From Thalassobaculaceae bacterium (GTDB lineage Bacteria > Pseudomonadota > Alphaproteobacteria > Thalassobaculales > Thalassobaculaceae), in contig OZ245843.1 in assembly GCA_965228875.1 (NCBI GenBank), positions 4,417,971 through 4,481,970 of the forward strand: a stretch of DNA of 64,000 nucleotides, read 5' to 3'. The translations under genes were made by a program, and so were the position numbers. Positions 17,217 to 26,031 of the stretch are shown in pieces (the first letter of the stretch is position 1; every line of letters begins with the position of its first letter). The notes beneath the pieces are model-generated. The model saw only the letters and a list, made by a program, of their open reading frames with translations. It had not been told where the DNA came from and did not search any database.

Positions 17217-18138
17217 AGCCTGCCCCGCCGAGGCCCGCCGGCTTGCGCCGTCGGCACCGGGCCCGAGCACGCGAGGCCACCGGCCGGCAGGTTGGTGGGG
17301 CCTGCTGGGGGTGGCGATCGCCATCACAATGGCAGTGTCGGCCTGTACGGGGGGCGGCGATCGGGCCGTGAGCCGCGGAGGCCTGCATGCGCGCGCGACC
17401 GAAGCCGGGTTTCGGGATCTCGGCGCCGCGCGGGTCGGGTTGCCGCTGGTGGCCTATCTACGGGATAGAGCCGGTGGTTCGGCGCCCCCGCATCGCCTGA
17501 CGGTGTATATCGAAGGCGACGGCGCCGCCTGGCGCACCCGGACGCGGGTGTCCGACAATCCGACCCCGCGCGATCCCGTCGCTCTGGCGCTTGCGATCCG
17601 ACAGCCTTCCGGTTCGTCGGCCTATGTCGGCCGACCCTGCCAGTACGTGAACCTCGCCGGGGTCTTCTGCCCGGCCTCATTCTGGACCGACGGCCGTTAC
17701 GGCCGGGAGGCCGTTGCCCTCGTCGGGCGCGCGGTCGATCTTGCGATGGCGGCCGCCGGCGCCGACGAGGCCGTTCTGGTCGGGTTTTCCGGCGGCGGAA
17801 CGCTTGCCACCCTGCTTGCCGCCACGCGCGACGACGTCGTTCACCTCATCACCGTCGCGGCGCCGCTGGACATTTACGGGTGGACGGGGTTCCACGGCGT
17901 GTCGCCGCTCGCCGCCTCGCTCGATCCGCTCGACTACATGGCCGCGCTGTCGGCCGTCGCCCAGGATCACTTCGAGGGAGGCTCGGACGCGGTCGTCCCG
18001 CCCCGGGTCAATGACCGCTTCTTCGAGCGGTCGCGTACGGCGACGGTGATGCGGCACCGCATGGCTGAGTTCGATCACACGTGCTGCTGGGCCGAAGCCT
18101 GGCCGTCCCTATACGGTCGCGTCGTCCGGAGGCGATAG
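17191..18138 (+). CDS. Alpha/beta hydrolase, probable lipoprotein (start uncertain)
   Basis: Lipobox-like AVSAC; VYIEGDG, GRPCQY, nucleophile motif GFSGG, D and H(TCCW) candidates. Confidence 0.82.
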   Translation: MAGTSLSTEACPAEARRLAPSAPGPSTRGHRPAGWWGLLGVAIAITMAVSACTGGGDRAVSRGGLHARATEAGFRDLGAARVGLPLVAYLRDRAGGSAPPHRLTVYIEGDGAAWRTRTRVSDNPTPRDPVALALAIRQPSGSSAYVGRPCQYVNLAGVFCPASFWTDGRYGREAVALVGRAVDLAMAAAGADEAVLVGFSGGGTLATLLAATRDDVVHLITVAAPLDIYGWTGFHGVSPLAASLDPLDYMAALSAVAQDHFEGGSDAVVPPRVNDRFFERSRTATVMRHRMAEFDHTCCWAEAWPSLYGRVVRRR

Positions 18139-18221
18139 CGATGGCACGGCGCCGCCATTCCATTTGAACGGCCTGAGCAAAGCCGTGTAAGGTTGAGTTG
18201 CCACCATCTGTTGCGTACTGC

Positions 18222-18251
18222 CGGTCGTCCTCGGGGCGGTCGTCCTCGGGG
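18222..18251 (+). repeat. Perfect 15-bp tandem duplication upstream of tssBC
   Basis: CGGTCGTCCTCGGGG at 18222-18236 and 18237-18251. Confidence 0.85.
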
Positions 18252-18259
18252 GGACACAC

Positions 18260-20191
18260 GTGCGGTCCAGAGCCAGGCCTTATGACGTTCCGGACCTCAA
18301 GGTTCATCTGACCTATCAGTCCGAGGTCGATGGTCGAGAGGTCGAACTGCCGTTCGTCGTCGGCGTGGTCGGCGCGTTCCGCGGGGAACGGGACGATGCC
18401 CGTGAACCGGTGTATGAGCGCGAGTTCGAGGACGTCTCCGAGCGCGGTGTGGATGTTCTGCTGGCGCGGTGGAAGCCGCAGGTCAGTGTCGCGGTGCCCG
18501 ACCGGGCGGGCGGTGGCGCGCAGGCGGTAGCGCTGCGCTTCGCCGGCTTGAAGGACTTTCAACCCGAGGCTTTGATCCGCCAGGTGCCGGCGCTCGCCGA
18601 TGACCATCGGACCCGCGACATTCTCGTCGATCTGAGGGATCGCCTGATGACCGCGGCCGGGCCGCGCCGTATGGCCTATGGCGCCGGAACGCTGGCGGAC
18701 GATACCGTCTCGGAGGACGACGCCGCGCTTGTGGAGATCCTGGCGACGGCGGTGGATGCAGCCCGCGCCGCGTCGCCGCGCACCCCGGAATACCGGGAGA
18801 CCATCGACCGGGCGGTGGACGGAATCCTGGCCGGGATCGGCGACCTGTCGGTACGAACGGTCATGGAGGCGATCGACCTCGACGTCGCGGAGATCGACGC
18901 GGCGTTGTCGCGGCGGTGCGATGCGATCCTGCACGATCCCGGGTTCCAGCGGTTGGAGGCGCTCTGGAGAGGTGTGGACCTGCTGGTCCGCCGCGGCGAT
19001 TCCGACCCGCTCGTCATCGTGAAGGTGCTCGACCTCACCCGCGAGGAACTGGAACAGGATCTGTCGACCCACATCGCGCCGGACGACTTCCAGCGCGCCG
19101 CCGTTCTCGATTCCACGCTCTTCCGGATCATCTATTCAGAGGAGTTCGGCCAGTTCGGCGGCCACCCGTTCGGCCTGATCCTGCTGGACGAGTACATCAC
19201 GCCCGCCGCGACGGATGTCCGCTTGGCCGAGCGTCTGGCCACGATCGGCGAGGCGGCCCATTGCCCGGTCATCGCCGCTGCCGCGCCGGAGATGTTCGGA
19301 ATCCCGGCGTACTCCGACCGCGATTGGGGGCACGGCGATCTGCGGTCGCTCTTCGGCGAGGCCCGCTACGCCGAATGGCGGGCCCTGCGTCAGAACCCCG
19401 TGTCGCGATATCTGGGTCTGGTCCTCCCGCGGTTTCTGCTGCGCGACCCCTATCGGTCGGCCGGACGCCAGACCATGCCCTTCGACTTCGAGGAAAAGGT
19501 GGCCGACGGGGACGGTCTGCTCTGGGGCAATGGCGCCTTCGCCTTCGCCCTGACGGTGGTTTCGGCTTTTGCGCGCTACCGGTGGTGCACGGCGATCACC
19601 GGTCTGGAGGGTGGCGGGGCGGTGAGCGGGCTCGTCGCGCCGGACTACGGCACCGACGAGGGCGCCCACGTCTTCCGTCGCGCCACCGAGAGGGTGATCT
19701 CGACCCGTCACGAGCGCGATCTCGCGGTGGCCGGGTTCATACCGCTGGTGCAGCGGCCGGGTCAGGCCGAGCCGGTGTTCTGTTCGGCCTTCTCGGTCAA
19801 CCTGCCGTCGGGGCGCCTGGGCATGGATCCGATGTCGGAGCGGCTTTCGGCGCGCCTGCCCTACATGTTCGCCGCATCGCGTATCGCTCACTACGTCAAG
19901 GCCAACATGCGGGAGCGGATCGGCGGTCAGGCGAGCATGAGCCGGCTTCAGTCCAACGTCAGCCGCTGGATCTCCCAGTATGTGGCCTATCAGGACGACG
20001 TGGACGACGAGGTCAAGGCGGAGCGTCCGCTACGCGATGCCCGCGTCACCGTCCTTCCCTCGGAAGACGAGCCGGGACGGTTTACTTTCCGTATGGAGGT
20101 CCAGCCGCATTTTCAACTCGAGGAAATGGGGATAAATTTGGTCGTCGGCCGGCTGGCGGAGAGCGTCGAGGACAACCAGGGCGGGCATTAG
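18260..20191 (+). CDS. tssBC: Fused T6SS contractile sheath protein TssB-TssC (VipA-VipB)
   Basis: N-terminus KVHLTYQ...ELPFVVGVVGAF...LRFAGLKDFQPEALIRQVP is TssB-like. It continues in frame into EIDAALSRRCDAILHDPGFQRLEALWRG...EEFGQFGGHPFG...LPRFLLRDPY...LWGNGAF...LPYMFAASRIAHYVK...RPLRDARV...PHFQLE, which is TssC-like. Confidence 0.9.
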   Translation: MRSRARPYDVPDLKVHLTYQSEVDGREVELPFVVGVVGAFRGERDDAREPVYEREFEDVSERGVDVLLARWKPQVSVAVPDRAGGGAQAVALRFAGLKDFQPEALIRQVPALADDHRTRDILVDLRDRLMTAAGPRRMAYGAGTLADDTVSEDDAALVEILATAVDAARAASPRTPEYRETIDRAVDGILAGIGDLSVRTVMEAIDLDVAEIDAALSRRCDAILHDPGFQRLEALWRGVDLLVRRGDSDPLVIVKVLDLTREELEQDLSTHIAPDDFQRAAVLDSTLFRIIYSEEFGQFGGHPFGLILLDEYITPAATDVRLAERLATIGEAAHCPVIAAAAPEMFGIPAYSDRDWGHGDLRSLFGEARYAEWRALRQNPVSRYLGLVLPRFLLRDPYRSAGRQTMPFDFEEKVADGDGLLWGNGAFAFALTVVSAFARYRWCTAITGLEGGGAVSGLVAPDYGTDEGAHVFRRATERVISTRHERDLAVAGFIPLVQRPGQAEPVFCSAFSVNLPSGRLGMDPMSERLSARLPYMFAASRIAHYVKANMRERIGGQASMSRLQSNVSRWISQYVAYQDDVDDEVKAERPLRDARVTVLPSEDEPGRFTFRMEVQPHFQLEEMGINLVVGRLAESVEDNQGGH

Positions 20192-20319
20192 GGACGGGCG
20201 ATACCGGACAGGCCGGGATCGGTCGGGCCCGGCCCGCCCGGATCCGATACCGAAGACGGGGCGGCGCAGCGCACGTGTCGCGTCGAACCGACCATCTTGC
20301 TGGGACGAGACCATAGGCC

Positions 20320-20826
20320 ATGGCGTATTCCGCTTTCGTGCAGTTCGAGGGGATCGAGGCGACCACGTACGACCCACGGTATCCGGGTGCGGCCCGGCTC
20401 ATCGCCTTCGACCAGATCATGCAGCAGCCGACCGCGGGCTCGGCGGTCGCCGGCGGGGAGGCGACGGCCGGGCGGGTCGATCATGGCGACTTCAACCTCG
20501 TGAAGGCGATCGACGCGGCCAGCCCGATCCTGTCGCTGTACTGCAGTTCGGGTGCGATCGTCTCGAAGGTGACGATCTCGGTCGCCGAGGAGTCGGAGGA
20601 TCTGCTGCCGTTCTACGAATTCGTTCTCGACCGTGTGCTGGTACGCTCGATCCAGCCGGCGCTGAAACTTGAGTTCGGGCACGCCAACGAAGCGATTGCC
20701 CCGTACGAGACGATCAGCCTACGGTACCAGAAAGTCACATGGCGCTATACGTTCCTCGACAATGACGAGAGTGGCCGGGGAAGCATCCAGCACTACTGGG
20801 ACCTCTACAAGAACCGAGGATCCTAG
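20320..20826 (+). CDS. hcp: T6SS tube protein Hcp (TssD)
   Basis: GRVDHGDFNLVKAIDAASPIL...PYETISLRYQKVTWRY...YWDLYKN. Confidence 0.92.
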   Translation: MAYSAFVQFEGIEATTYDPRYPGAARLIAFDQIMQQPTAGSAVAGGEATAGRVDHGDFNLVKAIDAASPILSLYCSSGAIVSKVTISVAEESEDLLPFYEFVLDRVLVRSIQPALKLEFGHANEAIAPYETISLRYQKVTWRYTFLDNDESGRGSIQHYWDLYKNRGS

Positions 20827-20949
20827 AGCACGAGCGGTTCGATCTTGTCCGTGAACCGTCCTCTAACGCATTGAAGACAGGGTAGAGTCACACGATCGGA
20901 CGTCTTCATGTGATCGTGGTCTGCGCTGGCGGGTTTCGAGGGATATGCG

Positions 20950-21438
20950 ATGGACTACTATCTTAATCTGCCGTCCCTGGTCGACTCGCTGATCGACGAC
21001 GCGCCGGATCAGCCGTGGGACGGTTTCGAGCCTCCGTCCCTCGCCCGTCTGGAGCAGTGCCTGCGGCGTGACCTCGAGGAACTGCTGAACAGCCAGGCCC
21101 TCTTTCCGCGGTTCCAGGGGCGCCATGCGGATCTTGCCAGGACGACCGTCGCCTTCGGGCTGAGCGACCTCTATCGGGTCAACCCGTCGAGCCGGCAGCA
21201 CCGTGAACGGCTGCGCCGCGAGATCGAGGAGAAGATCGCGACCTTCGAGCCACGGCTCCATGACGTTCGCGCCCTTGAGGTGCAGATGGCGCCGGGCAAC
21301 GAACTGCGGCTCGAGTTCCGCGTCGAGGGGACGTTGCGGTTCATGCGGGAGGAGGTGCCGATCTCCCTCTCGGCTCGACTGAACGCGGCGGATAACCGGG
21401 TGGTTATTCATCGTTTCGCCGCAGGGGATGGACGGTGA
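20950..21438 (+). CDS. tssE: T6SS baseplate subunit TssE (gp25-like)
   Basis: PSLVDSLIDD...RRDLEELLNS...FGLSDL...IATFEPRL. Confidence 0.92.
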   Translation: MDYYLNLPSLVDSLIDDAPDQPWDGFEPPSLARLEQCLRRDLEELLNSQALFPRFQGRHADLARTTVAFGLSDLYRVNPSSRQHRERLRREIEEKIATFEPRLHDVRALEVQMAPGNELRLEFRVEGTLRFMREEVPISLSARLNAADNRVVIHRFAAGDGR

Positions 21439-23318
21439 GCGGAAAACTCTTCGACTATTATCAGACGGAACTGGACAAGCTGCGCGACTACGGCGAGCGG
21501 TTCGCCGAGGAGTATCCCAAGGTTGCCGGCCGGCTGCAGCTTTCTCGGACGGCCGCCGCCGATCCGCATGTCGAGCGCCTGATCGAGTCCGTGGCGCTGA
21601 TATCGGCCCGCCTGCAGCTCAAGATCGACGATGACTTCTCCCGGGTCTCCGAGGCGCTGCTGGAGCACATCCATCCGCACCTCGCGCGCCCGGTTCCGTC
21701 CTGCACGATCGTCCGCTTCGAACCCGATGCGGCGTCGATGTCCGGCGAGATGGAGGTTCCCAAAGGGGCGATGCTGTCGTCGGTCGCCCTGCGGTCCTCC
21801 GTGGAGATGGCCGGGCTCTCCTGTCAGTTCCTCACCGTGTATCCGACTCAACTGCTGCCGGTCGCGATCGACGCGGTGTCGTTCGCACCGGTGCGCGGCG
21901 CCTCGCTGGTATCGGGAGACGAGGTGGTCGACGGCGTCCTGTCGATCTCGTTGAGCCGGCCCGGCGCGGCGGCGCTCGGCGACCTGGACGTTTCGCGTCT
22001 GCGGCTGTTCGTCGACGGCGAGGCCGACACGGCCAACATGCTCTACGAGATGCTGATGTCGGCATCCGTCGGCGTCTTCGTCAGGACCGAGGGCCCGGAT
22101 GGGCCGCAGACGCGGCGGCTCAGGGATGCGGGTTTCGAGCCGGTCGGCTTCGCCGCCGAGGATGCGCTGCTGCAGTACGACGCGCGCTCCCATGCGGGCT
22201 ACCGGATGCTCCAGGAGTTCCTCGTGTTTCCGGAGAAATTCCGGTTCGTGGACCTGGTCGTGCCGGGCGGGCTGTTTCTCGACGAGCGAGCGACGGCCGA
22301 GATCCTTATCACCACCGCTCCGTTCCCGAGACAGGAGTGGGCGTCCCGGCTCTATGGCCGGATCGGTACGCGCAATCTGCAACTCGGTTGCACGCCGGCG
22401 GTCAACCTCTTTCCGGTGTCCGCCCAGCCGATCCGGATCGAACCCGGCAGGGAGAGGTACCCGGTGCTTCCGGACACGCGGCGGGCGCGCGGCATGGAGA
22501 TCCAGGCGATCCGGGAGGTCATGGTCGTGCGCCGCGGCGGTACCGTGCGCCGGCAGCGGCTCGTGCCGCTGTTCGGGGTTCCCGATCCGCATGCGGTCGC
22601 GGACCATGGTGGGGCGCCGGCGGACGCGCTGCCGCGCTGGACCTACGAGCGGGAGCCGGCGGTCGCGGGCGAGGGAGACCAGCACTTTCTGTGGCTGATC
22701 GATCCGGACCTGGCGGTGCTGTCCCATGGCGATGCCGTTGCGTCCGTCGAGGCGTACTGTTCGAACGGTGACCTGCCGGCGATGCTGCCGTTCGGGAATC
22801 CGGCCGGCGATTTCAGCTACGGAGAGAACGTTCCGGTCCTGGCGATCACTTGCGTGACCAGGCCGACCCAGACGGTTCGACGGGCGCGCAACGACGGTGA
22901 GTTCTGGCGCCTGGTGTCGAACCTGACGCTGAACTACACATCGCTGGTCGATGCCGGTGGGCTGGGCCTGCGGCAGATCCTCCAGGCCCACAACCTGTTC
23001 GATCCCGGCGTGATGCCGGGAGAAAACGCCGAGGCGTCGCGGATGATCGACGGCATTACCGGCGTATCGGTGGAGCGGGCGGTCGAGCGCATGGGCTCCG
23101 CGGCGCGCCGCGCCTTCGTTCAGGGCGCGCGGATCCGGCTGACGCTGGACGAGGCGGCGTTCCCCGGGAGCGCGTACCTGTTCGCCGCGGTGATGGAGCG
23201 GTTCCTGTCGGTGCTCGCCGGCGGCAACAGCTTCACCCAATTGGTGGCGAAATCCACCCAACGCGAGAAGGAGATCGGCGCATGGCCATGCCGCGCGGGC
23301 GACTTCCCGATCGTATAG
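21435..23318 (+). CDS. tssF: T6SS baseplate subunit TssF
   Basis: YYQTELDKLR...FAEEYPKVAGRL...DPHVERLIES...GYRMLQEFLVFPEKFRF...LGCTPAVNLF...WRLVSNLTLNY...NSFTQL. Confidence 0.96.
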   Translation: MSGKLFDYYQTELDKLRDYGERFAEEYPKVAGRLQLSRTAAADPHVERLIESVALISARLQLKIDDDFSRVSEALLEHIHPHLARPVPSCTIVRFEPDAASMSGEMEVPKGAMLSSVALRSSVEMAGLSCQFLTVYPTQLLPVAIDAVSFAPVRGASLVSGDEVVDGVLSISLSRPGAAALGDLDVSRLRLFVDGEADTANMLYEMLMSASVGVFVRTEGPDGPQTRRLRDAGFEPVGFAAEDALLQYDARSHAGYRMLQEFLVFPEKFRFVDLVVPGGLFLDERATAEILITTAPFPRQEWASRLYGRIGTRNLQLGCTPAVNLFPVSAQPIRIEPGRERYPVLPDTRRARGMEIQAIREVMVVRRGGTVRRQRLVPLFGVPDPHAVADHGGAPADALPRWTYEREPAVAGEGDQHFLWLIDPDLAVLSHGDAVASVEAYCSNGDLPAMLPFGNPAGDFSYGENVPVLAITCVTRPTQTVRRARNDGEFWRLVSNLTLNYTSLVDAGGLGLRQILQAHNLFDPGVMPGENAEASRMIDGITGVSVERAVERMGSAARRAFVQGARIRLTLDEAAFPGSAYLFAAVMERFLSVLAGGNSFTQLVAKSTQREKEIGAWPCRAGDFPIV

Positions 23319-24430
23319 CCGAGCGCCTGCGGGAGGCGCCGGAGACGTTCGGCATCCTGCAACTGGCGCGGCTGGTGTCTCTCGTGCGGGCCGGCGGCCC
23401 TGAACGGAGGTTTCCGGGTGGGGTTCGATACCGCTCGAACCCGGCGCTCGATTACCCCGTCGCGGCGGTGGAGGCGGTCGAAGAGGAGCCCGACGGTGGC
23501 TGGACCGCCGACGTCAACCTGATCGGCACGCTCGGGCCGAACGGAACGCTCCCGTGGCACTACAACGAGCAGATCGTTCGCCACGAGCAGACCGTTGTGG
23601 ACGGCCGGCGTCCCTCGATCCGCGCCTTCTACGACATATTCGACCACCATTTCGCCGAACTGCTCTGCGCGGTGCTCGCGCGCCGCCACCTCGCTCTGGC
23701 GGTCGAGCGCGGCGAGGAGCGCGGTCTGGAGCGGGTGCTGAACAGCGTTGCCGGGATCGGTCTGCCGGCGGTGCGCGATGTGTTTCGCGATACGCAGACC
23801 TTCCGGGTTCGACAGCTTCAGCGCTTCGCCGGCCTGCTCGGCCGTACGCCAAGCTCGCCCCAGGCGGTGTCGCAGATGCTCACGGCGATTCTCGGCGTGC
23901 GGGTGGAGGTCCGGCCGTTCGAAGGGCACTGGACCTATCTTCCGCCGGCGTCGCGGGCGCGGCTCGGGCGCAGGAGCGGTAGCCGGACACGCGGTGGGTC
24001 GGGCGCGCGCGCGCCCCGACTGGGCGACTGGCCGACACTCGGCGGGCGGGTCTGGGGCCTTCAGGGGGCCATGGGCGTCCGGGTCGGACCGCTGAGCGGC
24101 GCGGAGTTCGCCCGGTTCCTTCCGAACGGCCGGGGCCGGTCCCTGATCTCCGCCGCGCTGGTCCAGGAACTCATTCTGTTCCTTCGCCTGACGCTGGGGG
24201 CGAACTACGACTACAAGATCAATCTGACGGTCGCGCGCGAGGCGATCCGGGGCACTCGGCTGAGGCAAAGGCCCGCGCGGGGAGCGCAGGCCGACGGTGT
24301 GCCCGGCGAACTTCCGCCCCTTCTCGGTCTCACGACCTGGGTCAGCGGCAGGCAATCGCGGGATCGGGACGACCCGGTGCTGTGGGTCGGTGGATGGCAG
24401 AAACTGGAGGTAGGGGCGTCTCATGGATAG
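23282..24430 (+). CDS. tssG: T6SS baseplate subunit TssG
   Basis: GILQLARL...LGPNGTLPWHY...AFYDIFDHHF...VRPFEGHW...VGPLS; overlaps the tssF 3' end as usual. Confidence 0.9.
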   Translation: MAMPRGRLPDRIAERLREAPETFGILQLARLVSLVRAGGPERRFPGGVRYRSNPALDYPVAAVEAVEEEPDGGWTADVNLIGTLGPNGTLPWHYNEQIVRHEQTVVDGRRPSIRAFYDIFDHHFAELLCAVLARRHLALAVERGEERGLERVLNSVAGIGLPAVRDVFRDTQTFRVRQLQRFAGLLGRTPSSPQAVSQMLTAILGVRVEVRPFEGHWTYLPPASRARLGRRSGSRTRGGSGARAPRLGDWPTLGGRVWGLQGAMGVRVGPLSGAEFARFLPNGRGRSLISAALVQELILFLRLTLGANYDYKINLTVAREAIRGTRLRQRPARGAQADGVPGELPPLLGLTTWVSGRQSRDRDDPVLWVGGWQKLEVGASHG

Positions 24431-25895
24431 TCTTCGGCGCGTGTTTTGGAGTGACGGCCTGTTCCTGACGCCGCAGGTGTTTCAACAGCAGGACGCCTTC
24501 CACATCGGCATGTGGCGGGTGCTATGGCGTGCGCTCGGCCCGAACTTCTGGGGGATCCGCCACATCGAACTCCACGAAGAGGGGCTTCGGGCCGGCGATT
24601 TTAGTGTCGCCAAGCTCGACCTCGTCACCCGTCAGGGCGACGTGGTGCGCTACGGCATCGCAGGTCGCGAGGACAACTGTGTCGTCCGGGCCCGTCACTT
24701 CGGCAGCGCCCTGACGCCGGGGCAGACGGAGGTGAACGTCTACCTGGCGATCGCCGTGCGCGACGGTCACCGCAGCAACATCATGGACCGCTCGCAGGAG
24801 GCCGAGGCGGACGGTGCCGTGGCACGGTTCGTTGCCGGCGAACGCGAGGCCAGCGACGATTTCCACCCGTCTTCGTCCGAGCCGTCGATGCTCGATCTCG
24901 CCGATTTCGTCGTGCAGTTCCTGATCGATACGGATCCCGGTTTCTCCACCGCGAGCAGCCGCTACGACTGCTTCCACCTGGCGCGACTGCGGCCGGTCGG
25001 CGGCGGAGCGGAACCGGTTCAGAGCTTCGTCCCGCCGGTGATGATGCTCGGCGCCTCACCGGCGCTGAGCCGCCTGGTTCGCAACATGTGCGCGGAGGTG
25101 ACGCGACGGACCCTGGAATACGAGGAGATCAAGAACGAGCGCAGCGACGTGAAGGGGCAGGAGTCCTCGGCCCGCGACGCTCTGGTGAAGTCCATGCTGC
25201 TGGTCCTCAATCGGGCCAACGCGGAGTTCCGGATCCTGCAGTCCAGCCTGGACCGCGACCACAACAGCATGAGCGCGCATCCGGAGGACGTGTACAACCG
25301 CGTGCGGGTTCTGATCTCGGAGCTGTCGACCTTTTCGACGGCCGTGGGCTCCGATGGAACGATCACCGTCGGCGACAAGCCGGTTCCGCTGCCGGACTAC
25401 GATCACGAGGACCCCTATCCCGTCTTCGAGAAGCTCTCCAGGGCGCTGGAGCGTGCTCTCAACGCACTGGTCATCAACCTCGAAGGCCAGGTGGAGCTGA
25501 AGTTCGACGGCCAGCACTACGCCGCCGACCTTCCGGAGACGTTCTTCGGCGGACCGAAGGCGATCTACTATCTCGCCGTGGATGCCGAGAACCGCTCCCG
25601 CGACCGGGTCTTCAGTGACGTGCGGGACCGGATCTACAAATTGTCCAGCGGACAGATGGCGGAGCGGATCATCGAAGTGAACGCTCCGGGCATCGACATG
25701 GAGCCGCTGCAGGACATGCCGGTGGAGTTGTCGTTGCTGACCCGACGCTATGCGTGTTTCCGGATCGACAAGGGACATCCGGACTGGCGCAACGTGGAGA
25801 ACGACAAATCGATCAAGTTCCTGGCCAAGGAAATCGACCCGTCCGAGGCCAAGATTCTGATCATCCAGTCCGAGCCGGACCGGCGGCTCGATTAG
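24423..25895 (+). CDS. tssK: T6SS baseplate subunit TssK
   Basis: VFWSDGLFLTPQVFQQQD...FWGI...FVPP...HPEDVY...YDHED...PGI...PVEL...FRIDKGHPDW. Confidence 0.92.
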   Translation: MDSLRRVFWSDGLFLTPQVFQQQDAFHIGMWRVLWRALGPNFWGIRHIELHEEGLRAGDFSVAKLDLVTRQGDVVRYGIAGREDNCVVRARHFGSALTPGQTEVNVYLAIAVRDGHRSNIMDRSQEAEADGAVARFVAGEREASDDFHPSSSEPSMLDLADFVVQFLIDTDPGFSTASSRYDCFHLARLRPVGGGAEPVQSFVPPVMMLGASPALSRLVRNMCAEVTRRTLEYEEIKNERSDVKGQESSARDALVKSMLLVLNRANAEFRILQSSLDRDHNSMSAHPEDVYNRVRVLISELSTFSTAVGSDGTITVGDKPVPLPDYDHEDPYPVFEKLSRALERALNALVINLEGQVELKFDGQHYAADLPETFFGGPKAIYYLAVDAENRSRDRVFSDVRDRIYKLSSGQMAERIIEVNAPGIDMEPLQDMPVELSLLTRRYACFRIDKGHPDWRNVENDKSIKFLAKEIDPSEAKILIIQSEPDRRLD

Positions 25896-26031
25896 GATCA
25901 AGGCGGTGTGCGCTAAGTAGCATTGACGATAGTTCGCTGGCGGAGTTCCCTAAGTGCGGGAAAATCTATCCGGCGGAGTTTGAGGCAGGGACTATTCGTG
26001 GCGCGTCGAACCGGGCGTGGGATGGGGGAGC

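Noticed and set aside
18142..18158. TGGCACG sigma-54 -24-like element upstream of tssBC
   Set aside because: No TTGC -12 element at the required spacing.
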